From Podarcis vaucheri (lineage: Eukaryota), in assembly GCA_965113315.1 (NCBI GenBank), contig OZ220368.1: DNA of 64,000 nt; one strand, given 5' to 3'. Below the pieces are notes generated by a model, which saw only the letters and a list, made by a program, of their open reading frames with translations, was not told the DNA's origin and made no database searches. Numbering within the stretch: position 1 is the stretch's first letter; each line of letters starts with the position of its first letter. Both the position numbers and the translations under genes were made by a program. This document shows, piece by piece, positions 38,327 to 51,134 of this stretch.

Positions 38327-40584
38327 GTAAGTTCACAGCCAAAGCAGCCCTTCCAGGAACCCGACAGGATCTCCCTTAAGCCTGAGCTCTCTCTCTCAAA
38401 AGGGTTTCTAACCATTCTAGATCTCCGTTTCCGGTCTTTTTTTCCTACCTAGGACATGCAGATCTTTTCACTGTTGCCATTTCCTCTAAGCCAAACTGAT
38501 AAGCTGCTCTTTACTTCTGCTTCTTCAACGTTTGCTCTAAAAAGCTGATTCTCTTAACTCTCTAACATCTTCCATGAGCGTATCATTCTTGCATTAATCT
38601 ATCCATTTCAAATCATTCATAATAAAACGCTGAAAACCTGAACCTCACCTGACAGTGTGAGGTCTTCCTGAGTCAATAGGTGTATTTAAAGGTAGCATAA
38701 AGAATGTTAAATAGGGCATAGCATTCTCACCATTATAAAGGAATCAGCCCAATTTGTAAAACGATGTAATGGACTAAAGCAATGGAAGTCTTTTACTTGC
38801 CCTAAAAACAAGCTTCCCTGTTTTTATATCTTCTGAAACTTTTCATCTTTATGGTGCCTTTTTCCTATGTGTGAATGAAATGTGCAGATAACTTAAGTAC
38901 ATACTATTAATGTATAGTATTTGACATACATTCATTATATTTTTGAAAGTTTCAGACAGAAAAGCCAATATATGTTTCTTTTACATTCCATAATCTACCT
39001 CAAATTGTACATGATGTACAATTTTTATTTTTATTTTTAAAATCCTTTCTTTAACCCCCCTTGACTTCTTTGAATTCTGTTTAATGGTACAGCACAGCAG
39101 TGCCTAGGATCAGGCTGCAGAATTATTGCAACTATTAGTGAATACCGCAGTATCTGAAGCCAAAACCATCACCCCTGCAGCTACTTTGGCATGAGTTATC
39201 TGTCATAAAGGTCACTTGAGGTCAGTGTGGAAACCTGCTTCCCAGAACTGAGCATTGGGTTTCTTCATATTAATTTGTTCCTGAAAATTTGTGATGGTGC
39301 TCTTGAGAGCATCCAGCGTCTCGCTTCACTTAGGGATAAAAAAAAACCTGTAATTTTTTTCTCTTTGGAAATAATATTGTAATCCCAGAAGTTTATTGCA
39401 AGAAGTGTCTGTGGCAGTTGCCTTTATATATATATATATATATTAAAAAGTGCATTTGTTTTTTGTGACAGAACATTGTATAAAACACCCTAAAATGTCA
39501 GCAGTTTTAAGGTGTTATAAAAGGAAGGCACCATGGCTGAAGCAGACCATTTCTCGGTGCTTTTTTCCTGGCATATACTACCTTAAGTTGCAGGTGTTCT
39601 AAATTACATTTTGGAATATTATTCTGTAGCAGAGGCTTGCGCTAAATCTCCTGAATGTTATATATATATATTGCATCCTTTTGTGCAAAGGATGAGAGCT
39701 GATATATGCAGTGTCAGTGATCCTTAACAAACAAGAATGGATTGGACAACTAGTTTGTCACAGTTTACTTACAGTATGATTCCTATGAATAATGGTGCGC
39801 AAGGAGATCTGGTAGGGTCTCTATAGCTGCCATGTTACTGAAAAACAACACAGTTGTGGCTACTCAAAATCATGGTAGCCCTGTTAGGTACATTCATCCT
39901 CCACTCTCTGTCTGCCACTAAGTGCAGATTGAGACAAAAGAAAGTTAAGAATTGGACGGGGAGGGGAAAGAGATAGGTTTGAATTGGGCTGCAGGCCATA
40001 CTGAATGCATTTAATATTGAATTGGGCTGTAGGCCATACATACTGCATTTGATATTTAATGACAGTTCTTGGCTTTTATTTATCTTGCTTAGAAACATCT
40101 CTTGTTTAATGCAAATTGATTATATAGCCGGGAATGTATCTTAATAGCCCTTTCCTCTGGTTGCACAGCGGGCTATAACAGGTAGATTACATTTCATATT
40201 GGGGGATCTGCATACATAAGATTAGATTAGTTCTGACTGTACATAGCAGCCTGCTTGATAGCATGATAGCAGAATGGCACACACTTTAGGATAATATAGC
40301 ATTAGAGAAGCAGTTTAGGGCCTGCACCTGTTGGCAAGAAAGTCAAAAACAAATGTACTGTGTCAAAACGTTGATCTTAATCATAAGTGCCTTGCTATAC
40401 TTCTAATCAACGTCACTTAGACTTGGAAATAGCAAAGTAATTTGGGGCGAAAGTGTAGATGCAATAAATACACTGCCAAAAATTGAGTCATCCTGGGATC
40501 TGTATCCTTTTTTGCTCCCTTCATCTGAGTAAAAGCTGGCTTAGCTCTTCCTTGTGAAAGTCTGAAAAATCTCAAAAGCATATA

Positions 40585-40796
40585 CAGTGGAACCTTGGAT
40601 TACGTCGCGGATCCGTTCCGGAGGCCCCGCCACAACCCGAAAACAACGCAACCCAAAGCGTCACGTCTGCGCATGTGCACGATTTAGCGCTTCTGCAAAT
40701 GTGCAAACGGCGCGAACCTGGAAGTAACCCATTCCGGCACTGGTCTCAAGCCAAGGGTGACATAAGCCGGAGGCAATGTAACCCGAGGCTCCACTG
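40585..40796. mobile_element. Tigger-like MITE
   Basis: TA-cagtggaaccttggattac...gtaacccgaggctccactg-TA. Confidence 0.85.
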
Positions 40797-43131
40797 TAGA
40801 AAGCTTTATTATTATTATTATTATTATTGCTACAAAGAAGATAAGGAAGGCAAGATGGGCATTTTGAGTTCCAAAATAGAAAAATCTCCCCCAATACGGA
40901 GACCATAAAGCAAAACTTTGACATTTTAATTTTTCATCGCTTGTGCCGTATTCAGAAATTTAGACATTGGGTGTATTGCTATGTTCGTTTTTTCTTCTGT
41001 CAAATGGGCAGAGACTGGCTCCAGTGCTGTGAATATGCAGCACAAGTCAAGGCTGGTTCAAACATTCAGTGTCTGCACATTTTCTTCACGTGGTTATTTA
41101 CATGGGGACAGCACGCAGCCTGCCAGCCGCCATTTCCAGGAACACAGATACGGCTTTCCACCAGTGGCTTTGATTACTACTGAATGATGGGGAGCATGTC
41201 TCTTTATATAGGTACATACACACAGGCATAACCAAATGGAGAGAAGAATCTGGGCTTGTTCTGAAGTTCTGATAACGTGGAGCATATTCAACTGTGTAAG
41301 GGTTTTTGTTTTTACCTTAATCCAGAAATGTTACTCAAACAAGTAAACACAATGATGGGAGAAGCAGTAGAGCAGCAGGATGCGAGTATTGATAGCTGAC
41401 AGTTCTAATGGTTGACAGTTTATTACACTGACCTTTGGACCATTATAAACCTGCAGAAGCTTGCGTACAGCTTTCTCCCTCCTTAGATGTCTTAGTAAAG
41501 TTACTCCTGCAATTGAACGAGGTCTTTTCGGTGTTATCTGTCTTAGCTGGCATGTGGCTGGAAGGGTTTCTTCTAACATATTTACCTGGAGGTAAGTCCC
41601 ATTGACTTCACTGGAGCTTACTGCCAGGTAAGTGAGCTTAGGTTTGGGACGAACGATGAGCAGTGTCGTGGATAATACTTGTGCCAGTTGCAAGAATGAG
41701 CAGGGTTTCAAAAGTCGGCCTTTGAAATCCACTTTCTCTTCTCAGAGTTCACAGGACTTTGTTAATACAAATACCGGCATGCAATATACACTAACTACGG
41801 AATGCAATTTTATGGCTTGCTCTTAACTCTGCTAACTTTCTCCCCCATCCATCTTTGCTGCTTGCAGTACTATTGGTTCTCATTTGTACTTCCTACTGCT
41901 CCTTCCCCTTCTCAAAAATGTATAGCTAAAATGTTTCATTGTGCTTTAAAGTGTGCTTCTATTTCAACACAAGTTAGCCGTGCTACACTCACTTCCTGAA
42001 CAAAGTTAAAACCTGAAGGGCGTTCTTTCATTGTTGAAGCTAACGTGAATGTGATTAAACTACAAATTACTGCAATTTCATCTTGCCACTTTCTTTACGG
42101 AGATGAATTTTAGAGGTGATTATGACTGCGCCTTTTGTTTTAAAGCACTTAATGCAAAAGGCAGCGAGAATTCTTAATTGGTAGCAACAATGAAAACGTG
42201 GAATACCGTGGAACAAAGTGGGTCTCTGAAGATATGTCAGCTGCCAAAAAGAAAGAAAGAAAAGAAAAACAACACATTTCTATTCCTCATAATTTAACAT
42301 TCATCTTTAATTACCATAACACAAAAGAAGTTTGCTATAGTAGTTCCGTTGGTTTTTGTGGGACACACTATACATTACAGGAAAAAGAGTCCTTATTTAT
42401 AAAGATCCTATTAGCTGAAGTGCTTTTCCAGCCCAATCTTACTGTTAATTTTTGCTTTCTTTGCATGGCTGCAGCTGATACAAAACCACATCAAAATTTG
42501 CGTCCTCAAGCAAGAATGTCCCTTGTGTGTCTGCATGAGTCTCTCTACTGGGGTTGCCTCCTTCCTGATATAAAGGAGGAAAGGCCAGACCAGAGACTCT
42601 TGCAGAGAAACACCAGGAGGTAGATTCCTCTGAGGGCGGATAATCCTTCCTCTTTCACACTCCAAATCAGTGTTCCCCAAACTTGGATACTGAACTACAA
42701 TTCCCATCATCCCTGACCACTGGTCCCGCTAACTAGGGATGATCTGATTTGTAGTCCAAAAACAGGTGGAGACCTACGTTTCCCGAACATGGCTCTAAAT
42801 GTAAACTTGCCTGGTTGTAAAGGCCCGAGTGTGCCTCCCATTTTAAATGGGGGTGTGCTGCAGCTAGCAGACATTTGGGAAACCTGATTTTACCACTTCC
42901 CTTTTACTCCTCCTAAGTCCATTTGTACTGGATTTCTCATAGTGTGAGTGTATTAACTTTGCTTCCTGGCCATGCCCTGGATATCTCTAGTCAGTGTTTT
43001 TGGTTTTGTTTTTAGAACAAAAATAATGATAATCACAAGCTTGTTTGATATGGAAAAGTTGATTGTTAATTGAACCTCACTGTGTCTCTTAACTGAATCT
43101 TAACACTAGTTTTTGTTTCTCGCCTGCACAG

Positions 43132-43161
43132 TCCCTTCAGTCTGAATATGTTCAGTACTAA
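43132..43161 (+). CDS. CDC14A: CDC14A last coding exon: SLQSEYVQY-stop
   Basis: tttctcgcctgcacag acceptor; matches the recalled mammalian C-terminus SLQSEYVHY; the 14 exons total 1651 nt = 1+550x3 with no internal stop. Confidence 0.95.
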   Translation, partial: SLQSEYVQY

Positions 43162-45360
43162 AGCCTTGTTGCTTCGGTGAAAGCTGGACAATTCTTAAAA
43201 TTCGGTTCTCTTCAAGAAGAGCAATGTTGTGGGGAAAACAACCCGCCCAAGGGGACGAGGCCTCTTCACAGACGATTAGAGCTAAAGACACCAAAATCTC
43301 TGAATTACCTAGAGACTTCAGTTACTGACTACTACGAATGCACTGAAGTTAAAACTTACGACTAGTACAATTTTGTGTATAGATGCAAGATTTTAAAATG
43401 GAGACTATTTCTAATGGATTTTAGCAATATATTTGTAATTATGGTTCTCGATGACAGTGTTATTATAATGTGTGTATATAAGTATATATATATATAAATA
43501 TATATATAAATATATATTGAGTAAAATATTTTGTGTGTATATAAATATCTATAAATTGTGTAAACATAGGCTATATTTTGATTTAAGCTTCACTTTTTTA
43601 ATCCCTCCAAAACTGTGTGTATTTTCAAATGTCTTGTTTTACATTTCAAACATTAGCCAGCACCCAGAGGAAGCAACGGGTGAAAACCACTTCTGTGTAC
43701 ACCTGGAGGGGAATGGGTTTGCTGATAAGTGACAGCCTGCCCCCCACACCTCAGCCTTGTGGGTTGCTGCATCTCAGAGGGTCCTTCAACTTCTGCAGCA
43801 TGCAACAAGGTGTCAGAAGAGGGGAACTAAAAAATCTATGTGCCTATTTGGAAGCCTCCTGTTCATATCTCTTGAACCTGGCCGTGGAGAACAGAGCTGC
43901 TTGCTGATTTTATTTTCATGCACTGTGGCTACAGTATTACAAATAATTTTTAATAGTGGGAAGAAAGTTAATATCAGCCTCATTGCTTTGGCTTTGAAAA
44001 TGCTAATGTTTGAAATGGACATTTTTTCAAAGGGATATAGAATGCCTATGAAGCAGGCCTGTTCTAGCATCCTTAATTAAGTGTCTTTTCCATGGAAAGG
44101 GAAAGTAATTTTTAAATAAATAATTAGTATGTTACCTTGTTAACATTTTCAGCCCAGTAATTTGTTCTGCAAAGATGTTCTGTTCTTTAGAGCCTTGCCT
44201 TTCTGCATTTTCCTTTTCTGTATAATTCAGTTCTAGAAACTGTACTGTATCAGAATGCAAAGCCAGGATGAAATATCCATCTATGTATAGTGACCAAAGT
44301 GTTTGTGCATACCACGGAAGACACGTACTGTCTGAATTTGTAATAGTTGCAAAGATTTTGTCGCTGCATATTTAGACATGGAGGCAGGAGTTGCACGTTT
44401 CCACTATGGATTTTAGATGCACTGTTAAAACTATGCCCCTCTTTGTGATTTACTCCTTCCATGTTCAGCCATGCTGTCGTACTTACTATACCGGTAAATG
44501 CTGTTGCTTTTCGCTAATGTCTCTTTCCCAATTCAATTTAATCACGAAACTATTTCAAACAATGCTATTGTAGGTCTTCACCATAACCCTTCAAAATTAG
44601 TTCTGAAATAACTGCAGTATTGTCAGTGTCTTTCAGAGTGCAATAATTGTGAAAGTGAAATGGTAACGGTCATTTCACTTACAATTCATATTATGTGAAG
44701 AAGAAACCACTGCACTCCTTGGTCATGTTCAAGCAATCACATCTCAGCTTAGTTGACCAAGATAAGAACAAAACTTTTGCATTCATAGGCAGCCCCATTT
44801 CTCATCTCTTCACAGTGCAAACAATCAAACCCACAAACCTCTAACCATAATTTCCTATTTCAGCCAAACCAGAAAATTTATGAGCAATAGTTTCAGAAGA
44901 AATTGGAATATTAAATCAAGGTTTGAAGTTGATTTAATTTCCTGGCTTGTTGCAAAGCTGGTAACTGCTGTTTTCCAGTTCTCTTATTTTAACCAAGATA
45001 CGGTTGTCTAAACCAGGCCACCGCCCCAGGAATGTATTTTTTGGTCCTATCAAGGAGAGATAATTACTGATGAGTTTTTTTAAAAAAAAATAAATCATTA
45101 TTTTGAAGGGAAATAGTCCTAATTATGATGGATAAATTCTTCTTGACGGAAGCTGGTTTAATCACTGAATTCAATATTTTTTTATCATATGTACATAAAA
45201 TGTACTGTATATGAGTAAGCGATAGGCAGATTCTAAGGTAATTCTACCTCTCTAAAGTTTGACATGTATTTTGTTACTAGCTTAGTTACTAGAAAGATGT
45301 ACTATTTTTGCAATGTAGAAATAATAAACGCTAATAGATAATAAAAGTAAAAATTATGCA
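43162..45360 (+). other. CDC14A: Probable CDC14A 3'UTR (~2.2 kb)
   Basis: AT-rich stretch after the stop with no recognisable transposon, ending in paired AATAAA with upstream TGTA motifs and a T-rich downstream tract. Confidence 0.7.
45323..45345 (+). terminator. Candidate CDC14A polyadenylation signals (AATAAA at 45323-45328 and 45340-45345)
   Basis: Two canonical hexamers; tttctttgtttt about 25 nt downstream; transposons resume shortly after. Confidence 0.6.
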
Positions 45361-45850
45361 CAGCTTAATTTCTTTGTTTTAATGAGGTGCTGGTGCACCC
45401 AATACTTCAGTTTTGTGAAATGTATTTTGAGGTTCCCCTAGAATCTAAAACCACCTTCCCTCAAATTCAAGCCTTCCTTCATAGTAGCTGTTAATGTGGA
45501 TTCTTTCTCTCTTGCAGCTCCTCACCCATCTCGCTGCTCTTTTCTTGAATGCTAGCCTTTCTTGTTCTGGTGGCAACCTTGTCTTAGGGACCCCTCGCAG
45601 TCTTCCTTTTCCTGGTCTTGCAATTGAGGCCAGCCTTATTTCTTCCCAACCATGGCCAACATCTCTCCTAAGGCATTCACATTTGTTTTAAACCATCCTC
45701 TCAATCTTGCTGTGCTAAAAAGACATGTCAGCATCACGTACAAAGGTGTCCCCTTGCTCTGTTAGCTGGAAGGTGTTTGGCAGACCTACCAGGAGGCAAA
45801 CCATGAGCAAGTAGAGAGTGTTTCTTCATAGAGAATAGGAAAACCCTGTA

Positions 45851-46072
45851 CAGTGGCACCTCGGGTTACAGACGCTTCAGGTTACAGACTCCGCTAACCC
45901 AGAAATAGTACCTTGGATAGTACCTGTTCAGGATGAGAACAGAAATCGTGCTCCGGCAGTGCGGTGGCAGCAGGAGGCCCCATTAGCTAAAGTGGTGCTT
46001 CAGGTTAAGAACAGTTTCAGGTTAAGAACAGACCTCCAGAACGAATTAAGTTCTTAACCCGAGGTACCACTG
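45851..46072. mobile_element. Tigger-like MITE
   Basis: TA TSD; TIR cagtggcacctcgggtta/taacccgaggtaccactg. Confidence 0.92.
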
Positions 46073-47122
46073 TATAAGCAAGGCCTGGGCAGTAGCTATC
46101 TGGCCTGAAATTAAGAAAGAAATGTTAGAAGTTCACACACATTTCCACTTCCACTTTTTACTGCTGAAGCGGAACAGACGTCAATCAGAACAAAAGCAAA
46201 ATTTTGTAGTGTATATGCACGTTTATATGGAATTCCCAAACAATGCCCTTATCATTTCAGTCTGCTCATAGCAGCCCGGTTCGCATGACAGTATATGGCA
46301 AGCCATATTATGGCTTACCTTACCCCGATGATGTGGGTACCCAGAGAGCATCTTGAAGCCTCTTTGCTGCTTCTGCTCAGTCCTTTTTGCTTTCTCAACA
46401 CACTGAGCTGTGTGGATGTGGGTGTAGATATTCTCCTAAAAGCATCTGCTTTACATTTTCTAGTGAAAATTAAGTCCCGTTTTTTCCTCCCCTGTAAAAC
46501 ATTTTATACCACTGAAATGATTTCTCGCCTGACATTTTCCTGCAGTTTAGCGCTATTCACACATCTAATAAAAGGATGCCACTTTTCTGGAAAGAGGTTG
46601 CTGTAACGTCGACCCTTCCATAGATGTTTTACTGCAAGTTGTTTCATGAACAGCACATGCCATGGCCTTCCTTCTCGGATTACCTTTTCGGAACAAATTC
46701 ATCCAGTCTTGAGGAAGGAGGCCTCAAAGACTCTCAGACCCTGTCCAAGCTTTCCCAGGAGGAAAGTAGCGTGAGGGCTAGGGGCAGTTTCAAATGCTGC
46801 AGAGAGCTGCCCCAAAAGGCCTCGGGGGTGGGGGAGAGCTGCATGTTGGACCATCTTGATTTAGGTGTTTCAAACTCTGGGTTTAGCTGTTTTCCCCTAT
46901 GTGGTCAGCTGACAGCATAGGTGCCATAAATGGCACACAGAGAGATCACAAATTCCTTGTGGCATATGCCGCAAGAAGCTGGAGAAACTACAGCTTGTGG
47001 TCTCCGGCGCTGGGTTGCTCCCTTGTTTGGTGTGATTTCCGCTTGAATCTGCTAAGGTATGTGATGCTGTACGTACAACTGCAGTATGTGCTGGAGTGAC
47101 ATGACAGTGTTTTTACGCTGTA

Positions 47123-47346
47123 CAATGGTACTTCAGGTTACATACGCTTCAGGTTACAGACTCCGCTAACCCAGAAATAGTTCTTCAGGTTAAGAACTTT
47201 GCTTCAGGATGAGAACAGAAATCGTGCTCCAGCGGCGCAGCAGCAGCAGGAGGCCCCCATTAGCTAAAGTGATGCTTCAGGTTAACAGTTTCAGGTTAAG
47301 TACAGACCTCCGGAACGAATTAAGTACTTAACCTGAGGTACCACTG
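47123..47346. mobile_element. Tigger-like MITE (same family as 45851)
   Basis: TA TSD, inverted termini, high similarity to 45851-46072. Confidence 0.92.
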
Positions 47347-47381
47347 TATACCGCACTGTGATCCTCAGAGGAAAGGCAGTA

Positions 47382-47866
47382 CCATATTTTCTGACCGTAT
47401 AAGACGCACCACACAAGACGCACTGTATTTTTCAGCCATACAAGACGCATATAAGACCGTATAAGAGGCACCCGATCGTAAGACGCACCTAGTTTTAGAG
47501 AACAAGGAAAAAAAGTTCTCTCCCTCTCTACTCAGCGCCTCTCCAGCAAAGCGGGAAGAGAAACAGATAGGGCTCTGTTTCTCCTCCTGCTTCGCTGAAG
47601 GGGCGCTGCGCAGAGAGGGAAAGCGGCGCAGCGGCTCTCCAGCGAAGCGAAGACAGGAGAGCAAGAGGGATCGATCCCTCTTGCTCTCCTGGCTTCAGCG
47701 AAAGCAATGCAAAGCCTCTGGAGCACAGCGGTGCGCACCAATCCCTCTTGCTCTCCTGGCTTCCGGGATAGCCGCCCGAAGCCTGCATTCGCTCCCTAAG
47801 ACACACACACATTTCCCCTTACTTTTTAGGAGGGGAAAAGCACATCTTACAGAGCGAAAGATATGG
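47382..47866. mobile_element. Tc1/mariner-type MITE with a GC-rich interior
   Basis: TA-ccatattttc...gaaagatatgg-TA; multiple taagacgcac subterminal motifs; related to 3086-3344. Confidence 0.85.
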
Positions 47867-48653
47867 TATATAAATTTAATACTATAATCATGCCATTTCC
47901 ACCACCCCCTCCCAAAAAGCAAACCTGATTGCACACTGCCTAAATGACCTTACTGAGTCAGACCACTGATGCATATATCTCAGTATTGTCCACACTGACT
48001 GACAGCTGCTCATCTGGCTTTAAGACGAGACGTTCCCAGCGCCACAGCCTTTCAGTGACTGCTAACTGCATTTCTTGCCCTTTCTGAAAGTGATCTCTTA
48101 AGAAAGGGAACACTTCTCTTTTTTTTTAACATGCAGAGAACAGGAATTGCTCTGCGAGGTTTTGTCTTTTGTTCCAAGTGCAGGCTGGCATCTTGGGAAG
48201 GGGAAGTTACGGAAGAAGAGAGGTGGCGGGAGTAGCACGTCAGACTGCCATTGCCAAGCTAGCACTTCACAGTTTCGATGGCGGCTGTGCTTTTGCACTC
48301 ATTGCGGCTCTCGATATCTTTCCAAGGCGGCCCAGCAGGAAAAAAAATGTTGTGCCCGCCTTTTTGAAGTAGCAGACTTGAGGAGCCTGAACAAGAGAGC
48401 TGGCTTAGAGAGGCGGGTTCGAATCATGCTCCTCATTCCAGTGCAGTGTGGGGGCGTCAGGAGGTGGCTTTCAACTCCAAAAGCCGGGTGGGGGGGGAGA
48501 AGAAATTGCCGTTCCCATGCTTTGAGTAGCTTTTGTTTCTTTGAAATTGTTTTGCCCGCCCAGGGCCCATTCCTACTTTTTGCATGGCGAATGCATACAG
48601 CGTGGGGAGGCTGTAATCATGTCAGTCTTTGCAGTTGGATAAAGGCTAAGCCG

Positions 48654-49045
48654 CAGGGGTCAGCAAACTTTTTCAGCAGGGGGCTGGTCCACTGTCCCTC
48701 AGACCTTGTGGGGGGGCCAGACTATATTTGGAGGGGGAAATGAACGGATTTCTGTGCCCCACAAATAACCCAGAGATGCATTTTAAATAAAAGCACACAT
48801 TCTACTCATGTAAAAACACTAGGCAGGCCCCACAAATAACCCAGAGATGCATTTTAAATAAAAGCACACCTTCTGCTCATGTAAAAACACTAGGCAGGCC
48901 CCACAAATAACCCAGAGATGCATTTTAAATAAAAGGACACATTCTACTCATGTAAAAACACGCTGATTCCTGGACCATCCGTGGGCCAGATTTAGAAGGC
49001 GACTGGGCCGGATTCGGCCCCCAGGCCTTAGTTTGCCTACCCATG
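48654..49045. mobile_element. hAT-Charlie MITE with an internal 71-bp unit repeated about 3 times
   Basis: caggggtcagcaaact...agtttgcctacccatg; ggctaag on both flanks; units start at 48757, 48828 and 48899. Confidence 0.92.
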
Positions 49046-49904
49046 GGCTAAGGTGTTTGATGGATCTGTGCAACTGGAAGCAAACATGCACCATTGGGCT
49101 TCCTGGTGCACGGCCGAAGCATGCACCCTTGATTTTTTTAAAAAATGTTTTTTTTATTATATACCATAAATTGTAAAAATGCAAGGAGGTGTGGCAGATG
49201 TTCACACACTACATATCCCCTTTGACATGTTTCAGCTGTTTTTACAGCAAAGAAACCTCTCCACTTTTATAGCATTTAGCTCGACAGACAACACTCCTAT
49301 TATTTGCAGCTGATATCCAAGTCTAGCTTTGATTGTGTATGGACGGAGGTGTCCAATGATAGCGGCCATCAGTCACAGCCAGTGGTATATAGTCTGAAGC
49401 CTTAATTGTTACTATTTGCACACCAAAACTCTGGCTCCTCCAGATATTTGTTGGACTCCGACTCCCATCAGCCCCTGCCAGCATGGCTTCAAGGTCAGGA
49501 TGATGGGAGTTGTAGTCCAACGACAGGTGGAAGGCCGCAACTTCCCCATCCCTGTCCTGAAACAGGTGAGGTAATACAGAGCAAGCGCTTCTTTAAGCAT
49601 GTGCCGAGTGTTTTTTTCCTCTCCTCCAATGCCCACCCCCAGATACAGGACTGTTTGTAGGGAATCTACAGCAGATGGGGATGGATCACATTTTTTTAAA
49701 AAAAGATTCTAACAAAAGCAACCTGCTTTCTGGTAGAGAGAAGGCTGCGAGATAAACCTACCTTGCTGTTGTACTAGAGGTTTTCAACTTTGCAATTTTG
49801 GATTTTGTTTGCTTGTTTAACACACAGGAGCATACAGGCATCTGAAGGCAGCCCTGTGTAGGGAAGTTTTTAATGTTTAATTATGTTTTTGTATATGCTA
49901 GACA

Positions 49905-50051
49905 CAGTGGCGTAGCGTGGGGGGTGCAGGGGGGGCCGGCCGCACCGGGCGCAACATCTGGGGGTTAGGGTTAGGGGGCGCAAATCCACGGGTTAGTAGG
50001 CGCAAATTACTTGCCTTGCCCCGGGTGCTGACAACCCACGCTACGCCACTG
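49905..50051. mobile_element. 147-bp hAT MITE inserted into an L2 3' tail (~49837-50130)
   Basis: Perfect 17-bp TIR cagtggcgtagcgtggg; TSD gctagaca/gctagacg. Confidence 0.92.
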
Positions 50052-50506
50052 GCTAGACGCCACCCATAGTGGCTGGAGCAACCCAGTCAGATGCACGGGG
50101 TACAAATAACAAAATGATGATGATGATGAAAAAGAGTATGTACCCACCTGCTATCTGAACTGGGATGGCCTGCTTAGCTGCCTTTAGATTTTATCGCTTC
50201 AGTTTACTGCATGTGATCTTCATATAGGCTGCATTGATATAATACCGGTATATTTAAAGCACACACCCCCCCAAAAAAATACTGGGAACTGCCGTTTGTT
50301 AAGTGTGCTGGGAATCGTAGCCCTTGGAGGGGGGGGTTGAACTACAGTTCCCAGAGTGATTTGGGTGGGTGTTTTAAATGTATGGTGTGTACAGACAAAG
50401 CTTTGCATATGCTGCAAGATGTCAAATATAGAGTTCTCAAGTGATGTGCATTGCTGGGGAAACCCAGAGTACGGGGGAAACCTAGCTAGGTGGGCGGGGT
50501 ATAAAT

Positions 50507-50507
50507 A

Positions 50508-50556
<49 letters not shown>

Positions 50557-50558
50557 TA
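50507..50558. repeat. (ATT)n microsatellite (tail of an L2 remnant)
   Basis: About 16 units preceded by gggcggggtataaat, as in L2 3' ends in this window. Confidence 0.93.
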
Positions 50559-51084
50559 TTGCATGTGTGAGCCGGTCCTCAAAAATATACAGAAGTGTTC
50601 ACAAAATCTGTCCATAGATAGATAAAGAGAAGATGAATGAATGAAAATGCCTCGGTTTTAGAATGCTGCTTCTTGGGATATTTCATTCTTATCCACTATT
50701 TTGTTAATTTATTTAATAATTTACTTTCAAAATGCTGTCCTTCCATTGATGCAAGTTTGTATTAGCTGTACAGTCTTTTTAAGTTTAATAAATAATTTTG
50801 TTTATTTATGACAGTGGCATACAAGGGAATAGCAAAAGGGGGAAAAAGAGCAATAGAAAATCTCAGTAAAATATGCACAAAACAGAACAGCAGCATTTAA
50901 AAAAAAAAATCAGAGTTGACAAAACCTTACCAGTGGGTTCACGTTCTGTCTGGTCAAATGGATACATATTCTTTGCCTGGGAGCAAAAGAGCAGCAGGTG
51001 GCTATAGATTCTTGGAAGGGCCTTACAAAATGGGAGCATCACAATGAAGAAGCAGCATTATGATTTGTGCCTCCCCCCACCCCC

Positions 51085-51085
<1 letters not shown>

Positions 51086-51133
<48 letters not shown>
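51086..51133. repeat. (GAAA)n microsatellite
   Basis: 12 perfect units. Confidence 0.97.

Positions 51134-51134
<1 letters not shown>

Noticed and set aside
40941-41187. Two overlapping ORFs in intron 15 as a possible extra terminal exon of CDC14A
   Set aside because: No convincing in-phase acceptor and no recognisable similarity to CDC14 tails; cannot be supported without RNA data.
48757-48962. Regularly spaced repeats resembling a CRISPR array
   Set aside because: These are contiguous tandem units with no unique spacers, inside a eukaryotic MITE.
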